This document shows positions 9,960 to 28,930 of a DNA stretch of 64,000 bases, in pieces. The notes under the pieces are model-generated. The model made no database searches. It was not told the origin of the DNA and saw nothing but the letters and a program-made list of their open reading frames with translations. Source of the stretch: the human T2T-CHM13v2.0 reference genome, Homo sapiens; assembly GCF_009914755.1 (NCBI RefSeq), contig NC_060938.1; one strand, written 5' to 3'. The first letter of the stretch is position 1, and every line of letters begins with the position of its first letter. A program made the position numbers and the translations under genes.

Positions 9960-11190
9960 TGGGGTGAATTTTGCCCAAGTTTTTTCAGCTTTTCCCATTT
10001 TGTGTGTAATACTCATATGCTATATAGAGTTGGGTTTTATCTTGTGGTCCAATTTGAAAGTCTCTTCCTTTTAATAGGCAAGTTAAGGCCATTGATGTTT
10101 GTTGTTTTCATAGATCTGTTTGGCTTCAATCTTATCTTAGTAGTTTATATTTTCTATTTTTATGCTTCCAAAAAGTTTTCCATCTTAAGTTTTCTTGTTC
10201 TTTGCTATCTTCTATGTGTAGTGGCTACCTTTATAACTTTCCAAAATATTCTTTGTTCTTCTTTGGACAATGTACTTTAGTTCTTTACTATATACGAGTA
10301 TGAAATTACCTGGTTTCCTCTTCCTTTTCCCCTCCATCTCTAGCATCATGTGATTGTAATCAGTAATATTATTTTCTTAGAATTTGTTTGTACTGTCTAA
10401 TATGCCCAATTTGGTTTTACTGAAGTCCTTTGGCTGAGAGTTATTTGGAGTGAGGCAGTAATTCAGAAGTGCTCTCTATCTCATATTCTGTGTTTTGATC
10501 ATTGTAAAATGTCCACTTTGTCAGGCAGACACCATTTCACCTCTGTTGAGGCCACATGGTCCCCCACAGTCATTTCTATCTTAGTCTCGCAGTTAAGGAC
10601 ACTTAATATTTACTTTTGGTTCTTGGCCCTGGGTTCTCCAAGCACCTTTTGATGGCTGGTGGTCTTCCTCTAGTAGTTTCATCATGAGATTATGGATTAT
10701 AGAATGTTTGGAACTCCTTTTCAGCAGCCTTTTTTCTTCAAGAACAGTTGGCTGTATATAGACTCTGGACTATCCACTACTTCTTTCCCCCTTAAGGACC
10801 CTACAGGTTTTGTCCTACCATTTACTGATCTTGAATGTGGCTGGTGAGAAATCTAGGACTGGTCATCATCCCCCTTATAGATGATTGTGTGTGTGTTTTT
10901 TTCTTTTTTTTTTTGGATTTAGAATTTTTTCAAATTTGTGCCCAAATTAGTTCTTTCTAAAATTAATTACCAAAAGTAATAGAACAGAAAGCATACTTAA
11001 ATCTATAATTTCAAAAACTCTATCCTGAAATAAAACAAGATTGCCCACGTATTGGTAGGGTGACTGAGAGAACCAGAGAAAATTGGCTTAGAATGGTGGC
11101 TCCTGAGATGCACTGGACTCCATTCTTTCTTAGGTACTCGGATTATGTGGATGTCGTCTCTTCTTTGCCTGTCTTCCATATCTGTCACCT
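9960..11190 (-). mobile_element. Old degenerate LINE-1 (L1M-type), left piece
   Basis: T-rich L1-like sequence; minus-strand ORF1-like peptide DMEDRQRRDDIHIIRVPK at 11003-11188. Confidence 0.6.
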
Positions 11191-11191
11191 C

Positions 11192-17605
<6,414 letters not shown>

Positions 17606-18000
17606 TCACTTGTCTTTAGTTCCGTAAAATTTTATTTCTGCTCTGTTTCATCTCATTCATTTTTCTCCCCATGTCCTATTTGTGTCTTCCACGGGATCTG
17701 TTTTTCCTCTCGCTCTTTCTACTTGCCATGATGAAGGGTTTTTAAAAAATTTATTTTGTAACTTTGGCCAAACCATATTTTATCTCCTCCTGTTCATTTT
17801 TGATTCTCTTCTCTTGTATTTGAGCTCCATGATTTTCCTTCATAAATCCAATCCCTTCATTATTTTCTATCCATGGAGGATTACTTGGCTGAAATTCTCA
17901 TCTCATCGTTTGGAAATATTGTTCTGGTGAATATTTTTTATACACTTTGCTGCCGTTTCTAAAAAGTCGATACTGTTCCAGTTCAAGTTTATTACTCATT
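17606..18000 (-). mobile_element. Old degenerate LINE-1, probable right piece
   Basis: T-rich tract resuming right after the younger L1 5' end; weak similarity only. Confidence 0.4.
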
Positions 18001-18237
18001 TTCATGAATTAAGCTCTACTGGGCCTGCTCTTTGTAGCTGTTTCCATGGAGTCGGGAGAAGAGGAGCCTGTGAAGCTTTGCAGCCCAAAGGCTTTCTCGT
18101 TTTCTGCTGTGGCAAGGACAAATGCATGCAGCAGATTGACTTAGGGTGTGACTGGCTGGCCAGCGCCGTCCGCATCTCGAACTCACCTGGACACATGGAC
18201 ACCAGGCGTCCGCTGGCAACTCTCTTTATTCTGGGTC

Positions 18238-18395
18238 CTGTGCTGGTCATTGCATTTGCAGGATAAAGCTGCCCTCTCAGAAGAGGTCCTCATGTTTAGA
18301 AAGTGTATTTTAGCTGTGCTGGTCATTGCATGTGCAGGATAAAACTTCTGCCCTCTCAGAAGAGGTCCTTGTGTTTAGAAAGCGTATTTCAGCTG
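18238..18395. repeat. Two-copy ~77-bp tandem duplication
   Basis: tgtgctggtcattgca..gcaggataaa..ctgccctctcagaagaggtcct..tgtttagaaag.gtattt.agctg occurs twice. Confidence 0.9.
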
Positions 18396-18544
18396 CCTCT
18401 GGGCCCTCACACCCCGTCATGTATTCACTTCCTTCCATGTGACCTCTGCCCAATGTCAACTGTTTTTGGCATCTTCACATATATTTTGGATTCTGTGGGT
18501 TTTATCTGTTTTCCTAATTTCACCAAAAAATGAAAGTTTCCATT

Positions 18545-19235
18545 AAAAAACAAACTGTACATTGTGATCCAGCGATCCCACTACTGGGTATTTATCCAAA
18601 GGACATGATGTCAGTATGTTGAAGAGACATCTGCAGCCCCATGTTTACTGCAGCACCATCCACAACAGCTAAGAAATGGAATCAACCTAAATGTCCATAG
18701 TTGATGCATGGATAAAGCAAATGAGGTCCATTGACACAATGGAATACTCTTTAGACTTTAAAAAGAATGAAACCCTGTCATTTGCAACAACGGATGGATC
18801 TGGAGGACAGTGTGTTAACTAAAATAAGCCAGGCATAGAAAGCAAATACTGTATGATCTCATTCATCTGTGGAATCTTAAAAAGCTGAACTCATACGTAG
18901 AGTATAGAGTGGTAGTTACCAGGGCCAGGGGCCGGGGTGGGGGATGCTGGTGAAAGGATGCACAGCCTGAGCTGGCAGGAGGGTGAGGTCGGGAGCTTGG
19001 CTATGCATGACGGTGACCACAGTTGACAACAATGTATTGCATTCTTAAAAAATACTAAGAGAGTGGATTTTAAGCATTCTCGCCACAAAAGATGACAAGT
19101 ATGTGAAGTAATGCGTGTTAAATTAGCTCAACGTTGCTGTTCCACGATGTATACATATTTTAAAGCATCATGTTGTACACAATAAATATATACGGCTTCA
19201 TTTGTCAATTAAAACATGAATTAAAAAAGAAAAAA
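18545..19235 (+). mobile_element. LINE-1 3' end fragment (L1MA-type)
   Basis: gatccagcgatcccactactgggtatttatcc...aatcaacctaaatgtcca...; A-rich tail at ~19222-19234. Confidence 0.9.
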
Positions 19236-19618
19236 CGTCTACATTTTGCTTTTTCGCAACCATGGGGAAGGCAGGGGGACCTGTTTGGTGAGGGAGGAAG
19301 GGTCAGATGTGCATGAACGTGCGTGTCACCCGTGCCCGGGGTTGTTGTGGCTCCATCCACTGCCTCACCCTCTCCGACCTGGTTTGTCCCCTGGAGGCAA
19401 CCTGCTCGGCGCCTCTCTCTGGGCCAGCTGCATCAGTGGCTGCTGATGTAAGGACCCCAAGTCCTGGGCAGCCTTGCAGCCGACCTGGGCCTTGGCCCAC
19501 TCTGCTGCCTCGTTCCCTTGAGGGGTGGCTCCAGGGACCGCGCCTCAACCACCCCCAGAGCTGCCTGCAGCAAACCTTGGTCAGCAGGCTGGGGTGACTG
19601 CCCTGCGCAGGGCCCTAG

Positions 19619-20328
<710 letters not shown>

Positions 20329-22177
20329 TATTTGTCAATATTCTTTATTGTACATATTGAATAAATAAAATAAAAATGAACCATCTTACACATAAAAATA
20401 GACATACACATTTATGAATATGCTTAAACACCACGTAGGATTTACGCAGTGAGAGAAGCACTCAAGGGACCACATTCCCTGAGTGTGTCCGGGTAGAAAA
20501 TATGCCAGCTTTGTTGGGCATAACATTCTTGAATCATATTTTCTTTCCAACAGACTTTTACAGGCATTGATAAGTTTTTGTGTTTTTCAAGAAATCCGAG
20601 GCGACACTGACTTCCCCTTCATAAGGGATTGTTGTGCATGGGGCTCATGTTACTTACACTGAAGTCTGGTAACTTTAATGAAATCCATTTGCTATGGAAT
20701 GGTCTGGATTTCTGGCTGCCTCTCACTTCCTTAGTCTCGGCTAGTGGAGCGGTTGGAGCTGGAAGCCTCACCCCCACCCTGCCTGCCCCTGGGCACCCTG
20801 AGGCTGCCTTCAGTGAGGAGGTGACCCCAAGCTCAGGGCTGACCTGCACCTGGCACTCTGCGGCATGAACCCAATGCAGGAAGAAAGGAAGGAGGGAGGA
20901 GGGAGGGAACACAGGGGCGCTGGGAGCGAATGCAGACAGAAATGGCAGTGACCCGAGTGCCAGGCCGTCCTGGTTTGGGGTTGAACTGTGTGGAAACAGC
21001 TCCCTGGCTTGTGTGTAAGTGGTTGGGGGAGGGCATGGAGGTCTGGGGCAGGAAGGGGTGGCAGGAAGGCAGCTCCCGGCCCTGAGGGTCTGAAGCTTAT
21101 CTTCTTCCTGTGAGCTGGCAGTGGGCGGCTCCCTGGGGCTGTGCCCTGGACTGGTGGTCTGGTGGTGCCCAGGCCTCCCAGGGAGAGCAGGGCAGCTGGG
21201 GCTGGAGGAGCCCTGGGGCCCAGTACCCACACCTGTGCCCAGCGCCGTCAGGGGGGACCGGGGCACGAGGCTCCTTTGCCCAGGAAGGGAAGCGAGTGAG
21301 TGAGACCTGGAGCGCCCACCCTATGGGCGGCTCCAACCCTCCTGGAGGGGGACTGGGCAGGGGGTAGGTGTGTGTGTGCAGGTGTGGGGGGATGAGGAGG
21401 GGTGGGCTCCAGCCTCTGGGAATCCTGCCAAGGGCTTGGGCACTGCAGGGTTGCTGGACCCGGGCTGCCTGGTGTGGCCATGGTGGCTGCATCCCCAGAG
21501 CCGGGATGGAGGCGCAGTGGGGACCGGCGCCAGGGAGTTGCCTAGTGGTGGCTGCATGGAGGACCTGCCCTGCATGATGCCCCTATCTTGGGGGGCATGG
21601 GGTCCACATGAGAGGAAGGGGCACAAGCCCCCTCCTGGGGGTCTTCCTGAGACCACCTCAGTCAGGGCTCTGTGCTTGGTGACTTTCCAGAAGGTCCTCC
21701 CTGCCCAGACCCCAAAGTCTGTGTTGCCCCAGGGCAGGAAAGAAAAATCTGTGTCCTGGTCGAGGTTGGGCCCCACAATGGTGGCCCCTAAACCTGAGTC
21801 TGCTCCAAAGCACCCGCCCCTCAGCAGGCCCTGAGTGAGGGACAGAGACAGCGGTGGGGTCTTTGATCCAGGTGGACACGGGGGTGGATCCCAGTGGGAA
21901 GTCACCAGGGCCAGGGTCCCCCAGGGTATTGGGGTGTCTGTGTTCCTGGTGTCGGCTCTGGATTTGGGGTTTGTGCCTGTGCTGCCTGGGGGTGATGTTG
22001 GGAGGTGCAGATGGCCCCGGCCCCCGTCCTCACCATCCAATGGGGACACTGTGGAGCTCCAAGTGCTGGGGGTCATGAGGTCTGGGAAGGTCGTATGTTC
22101 GGGCGGCTGGTCCCTTCTCTGGCTGGGCCTCCAGCAGTGGCCGGGAGACAGTTTTGGACATAGCTTTTCTCACAGTG

Positions 22178-22197
22178 GTAGTAGCTCCCACTATACC
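22178..22197 (-). CDS. IGHD1-26: D1-26 GGTATAGTGGGAGCTACTAC
   Basis: agttttgga-12-cacagtg | caccgtg-12-tcagaatcc. Confidence 0.97.
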
Positions 22198-22682
22198 CAC
22201 CGTGACTCGGGGCTGTTCAGAATCCACCCAGGCGCCCTGAGCTCTGGGGCCTCCTGGGTAGGGGCTGGGCTGCTGCGTGGGGTCTCCTGTGGAGGCTCTG
22301 GCGGCTGTGGCTCACCTTAGGTGTGGGGTGAGGACTGGCAGCCCCAGCTAGCGGCACCCACAGAGCCTGAGGCCTGCACACATTCTGCCTGGGTGTGTGG
22401 GGTGGGTCCGGGCCCCTCTGGGCAGGATGGCCTCAATGGGGAGGGGGCTGGGATTCCCGCCTGGCTCCTCCTCGGGGTAGAGGGGACCCATCTCCTGGCC
22501 CTGGATCCCCTCAGGCTGCCCCTGTTTTCTCAGGAACACTGAACAGGGCAGGGCGCCCTGGAGGGGAGACATCTGTTGGCTTGAGTGTCAGGTGTGGCCT
22601 CAGATCCTAAATGTGTCCTGCCTGCTCTCTCTGCCTTCGGCTGACTTGGGATGGGGATTCTGTCCTGCCCAGTGTCATTGTG

Positions 22683-22700
22683 GTAGCCGCTGCTATACCC
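22683..22700 (-). CDS. IGHD6-25: D6-25 GGGTATAGCAGCGGCTAC (V-side heptamer defective)
   Basis: cattgtg | gactgcg-12-tcagaaacc. Confidence 0.95.
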
Positions 22701-25046
22701 GACTGCGACACAGACAGCTTCAGAAACCTCCTGGTTTGTTTGGGGGCCTTCCCTTGCTGGGCTCAGCGCGCCTCTTGGACTTGGCTGCCCTGGACAGGGG
22801 TGTCCCTCAACACTGGTTCTGGGGGGCCTGTCCCTCTGTCTGGTGTCTGGAATGGGGGTCCGAGACAGAGGCCAGCTGCCTCACAGCCAGCAGGGGCCGG
22901 AGACAGGTGTTCCACCCATGGTGGGTCCTGGTGGGCCTGGATGGAGCTGAGGTCTGTGCCAGTATTGGGGTCCCCATATCTTGCTCCTTCATGGCTCTGA
23001 GCTCCCCCTGGCAGGACTTCTTCGGGGTGCTGGGTCTGTCCTCTGTGGGAGGGGCTGCCCCCAGGCCCAGGACTGCAGTGGAGGGCTCACTGAGGGGCTT
23101 TTGTATCTGGCCTGAGCCGCTGTGGAGGTATTCCACTGTGAGAGGGTCCTGCACAGAATCTCCCATCCTGCTTCTCCTCCCAGAGCCTGGAGGGGATGGG
23201 ATCCGGGGGTCCCAAAGGTGGATCCTAGACCCAGGGGAGGGGGGCCTCTTCACTGACCTCCCCTTCCTCCATTCCTCCCTCCCCAAAGCTGCCCTGGCGG
23301 CCCCCCTGCACCCCAGCCTCTGTCTGCACTGGCTCTGCCGGCTCTGGTGTAGGTGGGACTCAGGATGGTGTGGACGACGTGTGGCCAGGGTGGAGAGGAG
23401 GTGGGCGGGTCGGTGGATGAGAGGGATGGGCTCATCCAAGATGGAGCACCTGCAGGGCCCTGAGCCCTCCCCCACACCGTCCCTGGTCCTTCCCCGCAGC
23501 CTGCCACGGTGGGAGCCCCAGGCAGGGTGGACCATACCCTCTAGGAGGCTGGCACTTCCCTGGGTTCACGAAGACGGAGCCTCCTGCCCGGTGGTGCAGT
23601 GGCCCCGCTTCCTCCTTCAGCCCTTCCTGATGGCTTCCTGGGGATTCTGGATTCCCATGGAGTGATGAGAGGAGAGCAGAGGGGAGGAGGGGCAGGGCTG
23701 GGTCCTGGGTAAGGGGGTGCTCGGGCTGGGGTCCCTGGAGAGAAGTTCTGGGTTCCTGGGGGACAATTAGGCAGGCGTCCTTTCTGTCCACACCCCAAGG
23801 GTCCCGGCAGGAGCCAGGTGGGGGAACCATAAGGAGAGGGCCTGTGTCCTGTCCCCCCAACTCCTCTAGACAGGGTGGGGGCTGAGGGGTCCTCCCCAGG
23901 GCAGGGCCAGGCAGTGACTCTGGTGTTGGGTTGTTGGTCGTCATGGGCTGACCTGGGGAGTGGGGGTTGCAGAGTAGAAAGGGGCGGACTTAGGTAGGGC
24001 ATGGCACAGTCATCCCTGTGTTCAGGCCATTTCCTGTCCTGGGTGCCTGCACTGAACCTCGGCAAGGACAGGGGTGGCCTCCCAGCCTACAGCCTGCCTG
24101 GGATCTGCTCTGGCCCTAGAACTGGGGACAGAAGCCATCCTGGAGGTCAGCAGCCTCCTAGGACAGCAGGAGGAGACCAGGCCAGCCCCCAGCAGGGGAG
24201 GCAGTGGGGATTTTGGTAGGGTCTGCGTTGAGAGCCAGTACCCAGTAGTCACAGAGCAAGATGCCCCAGCAATATGTCCTATCTGCAGCCGTCTGCCCAC
24301 CCTGTCTTAGCCAGGGCAAGAGAGGGTACTGTGCCCCTGGCAGGCCCAGCCTTTGGCCTTCCTTGGAGGGATGAGGGCCTGGGAAGCCGAGCTGTTGGTG
24401 GCGCTGGGAAGAGGTTCCCAGGACAGGGGGATGGAGCTTAATCAAGCGGCCTGGTTGGGGTTGGGTCCTTCTGCAGGCTGGCCACTCAGTGATGGGGATC
24501 TCCGGGTGGTCCCTGCACCTAGTGCCAGGATACACACAGTGCTCTGGGCCCACTGTCTGGGCTCCCCGCCTTGTTTCCAGGGGGCTGGGTGGTTCTCCAA
24601 GGCTCAGTTTCCCCACTGTGGAGTGGATGCTGCTGGAGGGATGAGGATCGTAGAGCACAGCTTGGCAGCTTCTGTGCCTGCTGCCCCTGGGGACCTGGGC
24701 TGTGGGACGGGGCAGGCTTCCCCATCAGGGCTGGGCCTGCCGGGAGCCCAGCACCCTCACACGCCCACACTGGGGGCTCCGTGGCTCTGTGACTCCATGG
24801 CTCTGTGGTGCTGCCTGCACCTCTCAGGGCGGGAAGCTGCCTTTCCCTGCCAGCCTTTGATTTCTATCTCAGTCATCCCTGCCCTGGAGCACAGACCTCC
24901 CACTGAGGGAACCCTCCCCACAGAGGGCCAGAGGGCAGACAGCAGCCTTGAGAGCCCCAGGAGAAGCAGGTGAGCTGGAGGCCTGGGGCTGCGTGGCAGG
25001 GGTCTGTCTACTTGGCCTGGTTGCTGCTATGGGCGGCACCACTGTG

Positions 25047-25066
25047 GTAATTGTAGCCATCTCTAC
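25047..25066 (-). CDS. IGHD5-24: D5-24 GTAGAGATGGCTACAATTAC (ORF class)
   Basis: cactgtg | cacggcc-12-acaataacc. Confidence 0.96.
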
Positions 25067-26013
25067 CACGGCCTGGCACCCCCTGACAATAACCACACCT
25101 GGAACTGGAGGCAGGGCTGTCAGGAGGAGCTTCCCAGGGAACAGGGAGGGTCCAGACAGCTGTGCCAGGGGCCCCCAGTGCTAGAGAGCCTGGGGGCTGC
25201 TCAGGGACCAGACATGCACTGTGTCCCCCTGGAGAGGCCTCTGCAGCCTCCTGGGCTCTGGGACGGGTCTCTGGTCAGCAGGAGGCTGGGTGCTCCCCGG
25301 CATGTGCTCTACTGCCCTCACTGGTGAGCTCCTATGTGGCCCAGTGTGGGCCCAGCTCCAGCGTCCACTCCTGTCGGCCTGGCCGAGGGTCCCGGCAGAA
25401 CTGCGCATGGCTCCTTCTTAGGGGCCTCGAGGACTCTCTCTACAGCTGTACCTGGGGCTGGGGGCTCCACGAGTGGTCTTTGCCAGGTGGGGACGACAAT
25501 GGCAGGTGTTTCTACATGGGCAGGTGAGGGGAACTGTCTGCGGCCTGGCCCTGCGGAACACAGCGGCCTCTCAGAGGAGGGTGTGCGGGAGTCCTGCCTG
25601 TTGGGAGCCTGGCGGATGCTGCCCTCTTGATTCCAGCCAGGATGGGAATCCAGGCAATTGGCAGGAGGTACTGGAATGAGGCTGGTGTCTACAGTAATTC
25701 CCGGCCCCAGGAATTGGCTTTTGGAACTGGGGCATCTCTCGGAACAGGGTCTGGTGCAGCTGGCAGTGAAGGGACCAGGGCACCTGTGGTCATGAGTGAA
25801 GTCACCTCAGAGCCCTCTGAAGCCCCTGTTTGGCAGCACACGGTGTGCAGGGCACCAGCCCATCGGCTAAGATGGCCCGGGTGTCCCTAGAGGCCGAGGG
25901 TCTGGGCAGAAACCCTCGGGCCTGGCTCTTGTGCTCCTGGAGAGCTCCGAGCCGAGAAGTGTGCATAAACCCTGCGAGTCCAGTCAGTTTTTGCTGCTGG
26001 TTTCATCACTGTG

Positions 26014-26032
26014 GGAGTTACCACCGTAGTCA
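26014..26032 (-). CDS. IGHD4-23: D4-23 TGACTACGGTGGTAACTCC (ORF class)
   Basis: agtttttgc-12-cactgtg | cacagca-12-acaaaaagc. Confidence 0.96.
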
Positions 26033-27174
26033 CACAGCAGGAGGGCCCTTCACAAAAAGCCCCTGAGTGTGGCCAGAGGCCTTTCCCACACAGGCCCTGG
26101 TCCAGGCGTCTGGGGCCCCCATTGACAGTGGTGCTGCGTCCTGGGGATCTCAGGCCTTTCTGAATCTTCCCCGCCTGCCATTGAGGGCAGGTGGGTCTGA
26201 CTCACCCTCCCGGGCTCCTGTCCCCTCCAGGAGGGGGCTGAGGTGATATCTGGCAGGAGGGTGTGCAGGAGTCAGGCCTCCTGGAGTTTGAGCCCTGGGG
26301 CAGGTGCAAGGTGGGGATACCTTTTAGGGGTCTGGGAAGGGCTGGGCTGTCCCCATGGGCCATCTTGTGTTCTGGGGGCCGTCCTGATCCAGATATGTGT
26401 TCCCGCTGTGATGCTGCTGAGGACTGTCCTGGAAGAGGGTGGGAGAGAAGAGAAACCCTGGAAGAGGGTTTCTCTCACTGGGGAGAGAAACAGGGATTTC
26501 TGGAAGGTTCGTTGTCTCTGACTGTGTGAGGTGAGTCCTCTGTTGGCTTCCCTGGTGAGGTCTGGAAATGAGCAGGACTCAGGACAGCCAGGCAGGATGA
26601 GCGACTCCCAGCTCCGGCTGTCCCTGGGAATGTCTTGGAAATGACCCAGGAGAGGCTCAGGTGTCAGGGCCAGGCAGGCCAGGGACCACAGGGGCAGTGA
26701 CAGTGCACAGGGCCAGCCCCGCCCTCCTGCTGCCCCTACTCTGACATGGGGGGCTCGCAGGGTTCACACACGTGGCCCAGCGTTCAGGGAGGGGCTTCCG
26801 GGACTGCTGGGTGGACGGCAGCAGATGGTGCTATGGGGCCGGCCCTGTCTCCATCTGGTTTGGCGTTGGGAGGGCAGCAGCGATGCAGACCCCTTGGAGC
26901 CAGATCTGGATGACCTGTAGGGTGACCTTGGCCATCTGTTTCATGGTCTCTGGGGCTGGTGGGCTGGAGCCCATCATGGTCACTTGTGGGCCTGTCCATT
27001 GTTTCTGCTGCCCCGTGTGTTTGGGTCATGGGCTGCACTGCTGTGGTAGCCACCATACCCATGGCGCCGTGTCCTCGATCAAAATCCTAACACGGCATGC
27101 AGCGGTCCCCCGCAGGGAGGGCTGTGGTGGGAGGCTCCCAGGCATGAGTTTTTGATGGACTCTGTGACACTGTG

Positions 27175-27205
27175 GTAGTAATAACCACTACTATCATAGT
27201 AATAC
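27175..27205 (-). CDS. IGHD3-22: D3-22 GTATTACTATGATAGTAGTGGTTATTACTAC (YYYDSSGYY)
   Basis: agtttttga-12-cactgtg | cacagtg-12-cttcaaacc. Confidence 0.98.
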
Positions 27206-27641
27206 CACAGTGACACAGACCTCACTTCAAACCTACCGCCAGGCCTGGGGAAACCCGGGATGTCCAGGGCTGACCTGAGGAGGCAGCAGGGCCCCGAGGG
27301 GAGGCTGTGGGCCCAGCGCTCTCAGGTCTACTGCAGGGACACTCGGGTCTGTCCCTCGCTTAGGTGGACACTGTCCATGCCCACCTGTGTCCTGAGGCTT
27401 TACCTCAGGCTGACATCTGTCCCTACTGTCCCTACCCACCACATGGCCATGTCCTTTTGGGTTCATAAATTGCCCCCAAATCACACAGGCATCATTCTGG
27501 GGCTTTTTATATTCCCTGGGCCACCAGGTGCCTCCATCCAGAAAGGTCAGATGTGGGAGAGTTGCAGAGTCATTCCCCAACCCTGGATGAGTCCCTACAG
27601 CCTCAGTGCTACTCAGGCTCCAGCAAGACCTGGAGCAGGTG

Positions 27642-27905
27642 CAGGTGAGGCCCGAGGCCAGGTGAGGTCCAGGTCAGGTGAAGCCCAGGCCAGGTGAAGC
27701 CCAGGCCAGGTGAGGTCCAGGTCAGGTGAGGCCCAGGCCAGGTGAGGTCCAGGTCAGGTGAAGCCCAGGCCAGGTGAAGCCCAGGCCAGGTGAGGCCCGA
27801 GGCCAGGTGAGGTCCAGGTCAGGTGAAGCCCAGGCCAGGTGAAGCCCAGGCCAGGTGAGGTCCAGGTCAGGTGAGGCCCAGGCCAGGTGAGGTCCAGGTC
27901 AGGGG
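27642..27905. repeat. 16-bp CAGGTGA(G/A)G.CCAGG(C/T) minisatellite, ~16 copies
   Basis: CAGGTG every 16-17 bp from 27642 to 27884. Confidence 0.95.
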
Positions 27906-28284
27906 AGGCTGAGGTGGATGTGTGAGGCTTCTGCAGTTTTCTCTGGGTGCTCACCCTGCCTGGTGTCCCTGCCCCTCCTCTCAGCACCCACTCTGTGCCT
28001 GCAAGGTGGTGGCCCGTGCGCAGGTGGTGGTGGCTGCGGAGGTGCTGGGCTCTGCCTCCCTGTGCATGGGTGTGCATCTTGGGTTCTGGCCAGGGAGTGT
28101 GGCTGAGTTGCTTCTCTCTGGAATTCACTGACTGTACCTTCCTTGGGGATATACAGCTCTGTGCCTGCTCCACATCAGGCCCCAGGAGCTGCCAGCAGGT
28201 GCCTGCCTGCCCTGCCACACAGTGAGCCTGCAGCCTGTCTGGGGATGCCCAGGGAGGTGATTGCCACCACACATCAGGCCTTTT

Positions 28285-28930
28285 CTCTTTAAAGTCATTT
28301 CTTTGGGGATACATCATCGATGTCTCATATACTGAATGTATGTCTGTATCATTGTGCAATTGCCTGTGTCATCGCTTATTTATCCAACCTGGGTTAATGT
28401 CTTTGCTATTATGAACAGTGCTGGACTGAGAATTTTCTAAACACAGCCGTGTGCATTTTCCTCTTCTTGCAATTTAGAAGTTTAACTGCTGTTTTCAAGG
28501 TACTGTAATGTATTTGTTCTGTTCTTGTTAGGAGACTTGCCGACTCTGTGTGTCTCAGCTCATACCCTCTTCCTTCCCCAGTAGAAGTAACCACCACTGT
28601 GTTTATGTGATCATCGTTTTCTTGATTTTCCTTGCAGTTTTTCCAGGGGAAAGTTTATCCCTTAAGAAGATAGTTCATTTTGCCGGGTGTAAATTTTATT
28701 TAGAAGAAATCACATTAAAAGTATTTTTTGGGCTTTCCTCTGTTACTCCAATTACTCAGCATTGTCATGAACTCAACTGCAGAGTCACTCATAACCCTCT
28801 ACTGTTGTCCTCTGGCTGTCCTAGTTTGCATTTCATGAACGTGCCATCATTTATTTGCCTGTTCTCCTTCAGATGGACGTTTGCTTTGTCCAGCCCCATA
28901 GTTTGGGGCTATGACAAACAGCTGTTCTGC
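28285..28930 (-). mobile_element. Ancient L1M-like remnant carried in each D unit (paralogues ~37675-38310, ~46920-47560, ~56545-57190)
   Basis: AT-rich island with tttgctattatgaacagtgctg and tttggggctatga, resembling the antisense L1 3' region. Confidence 0.45.

Noticed and set aside
9579-10280. 233-aa ORF with hydrophobic C-terminus
   Set aside because: Hydrophobic tail derives from T-rich antisense L1 remnant; no recognisable family
27161-27219. Long inverted repeats around D3/D2 segments as transposon TIRs or RNA stems
   Set aside because: Fully explained by the two inverted 12-RSSs
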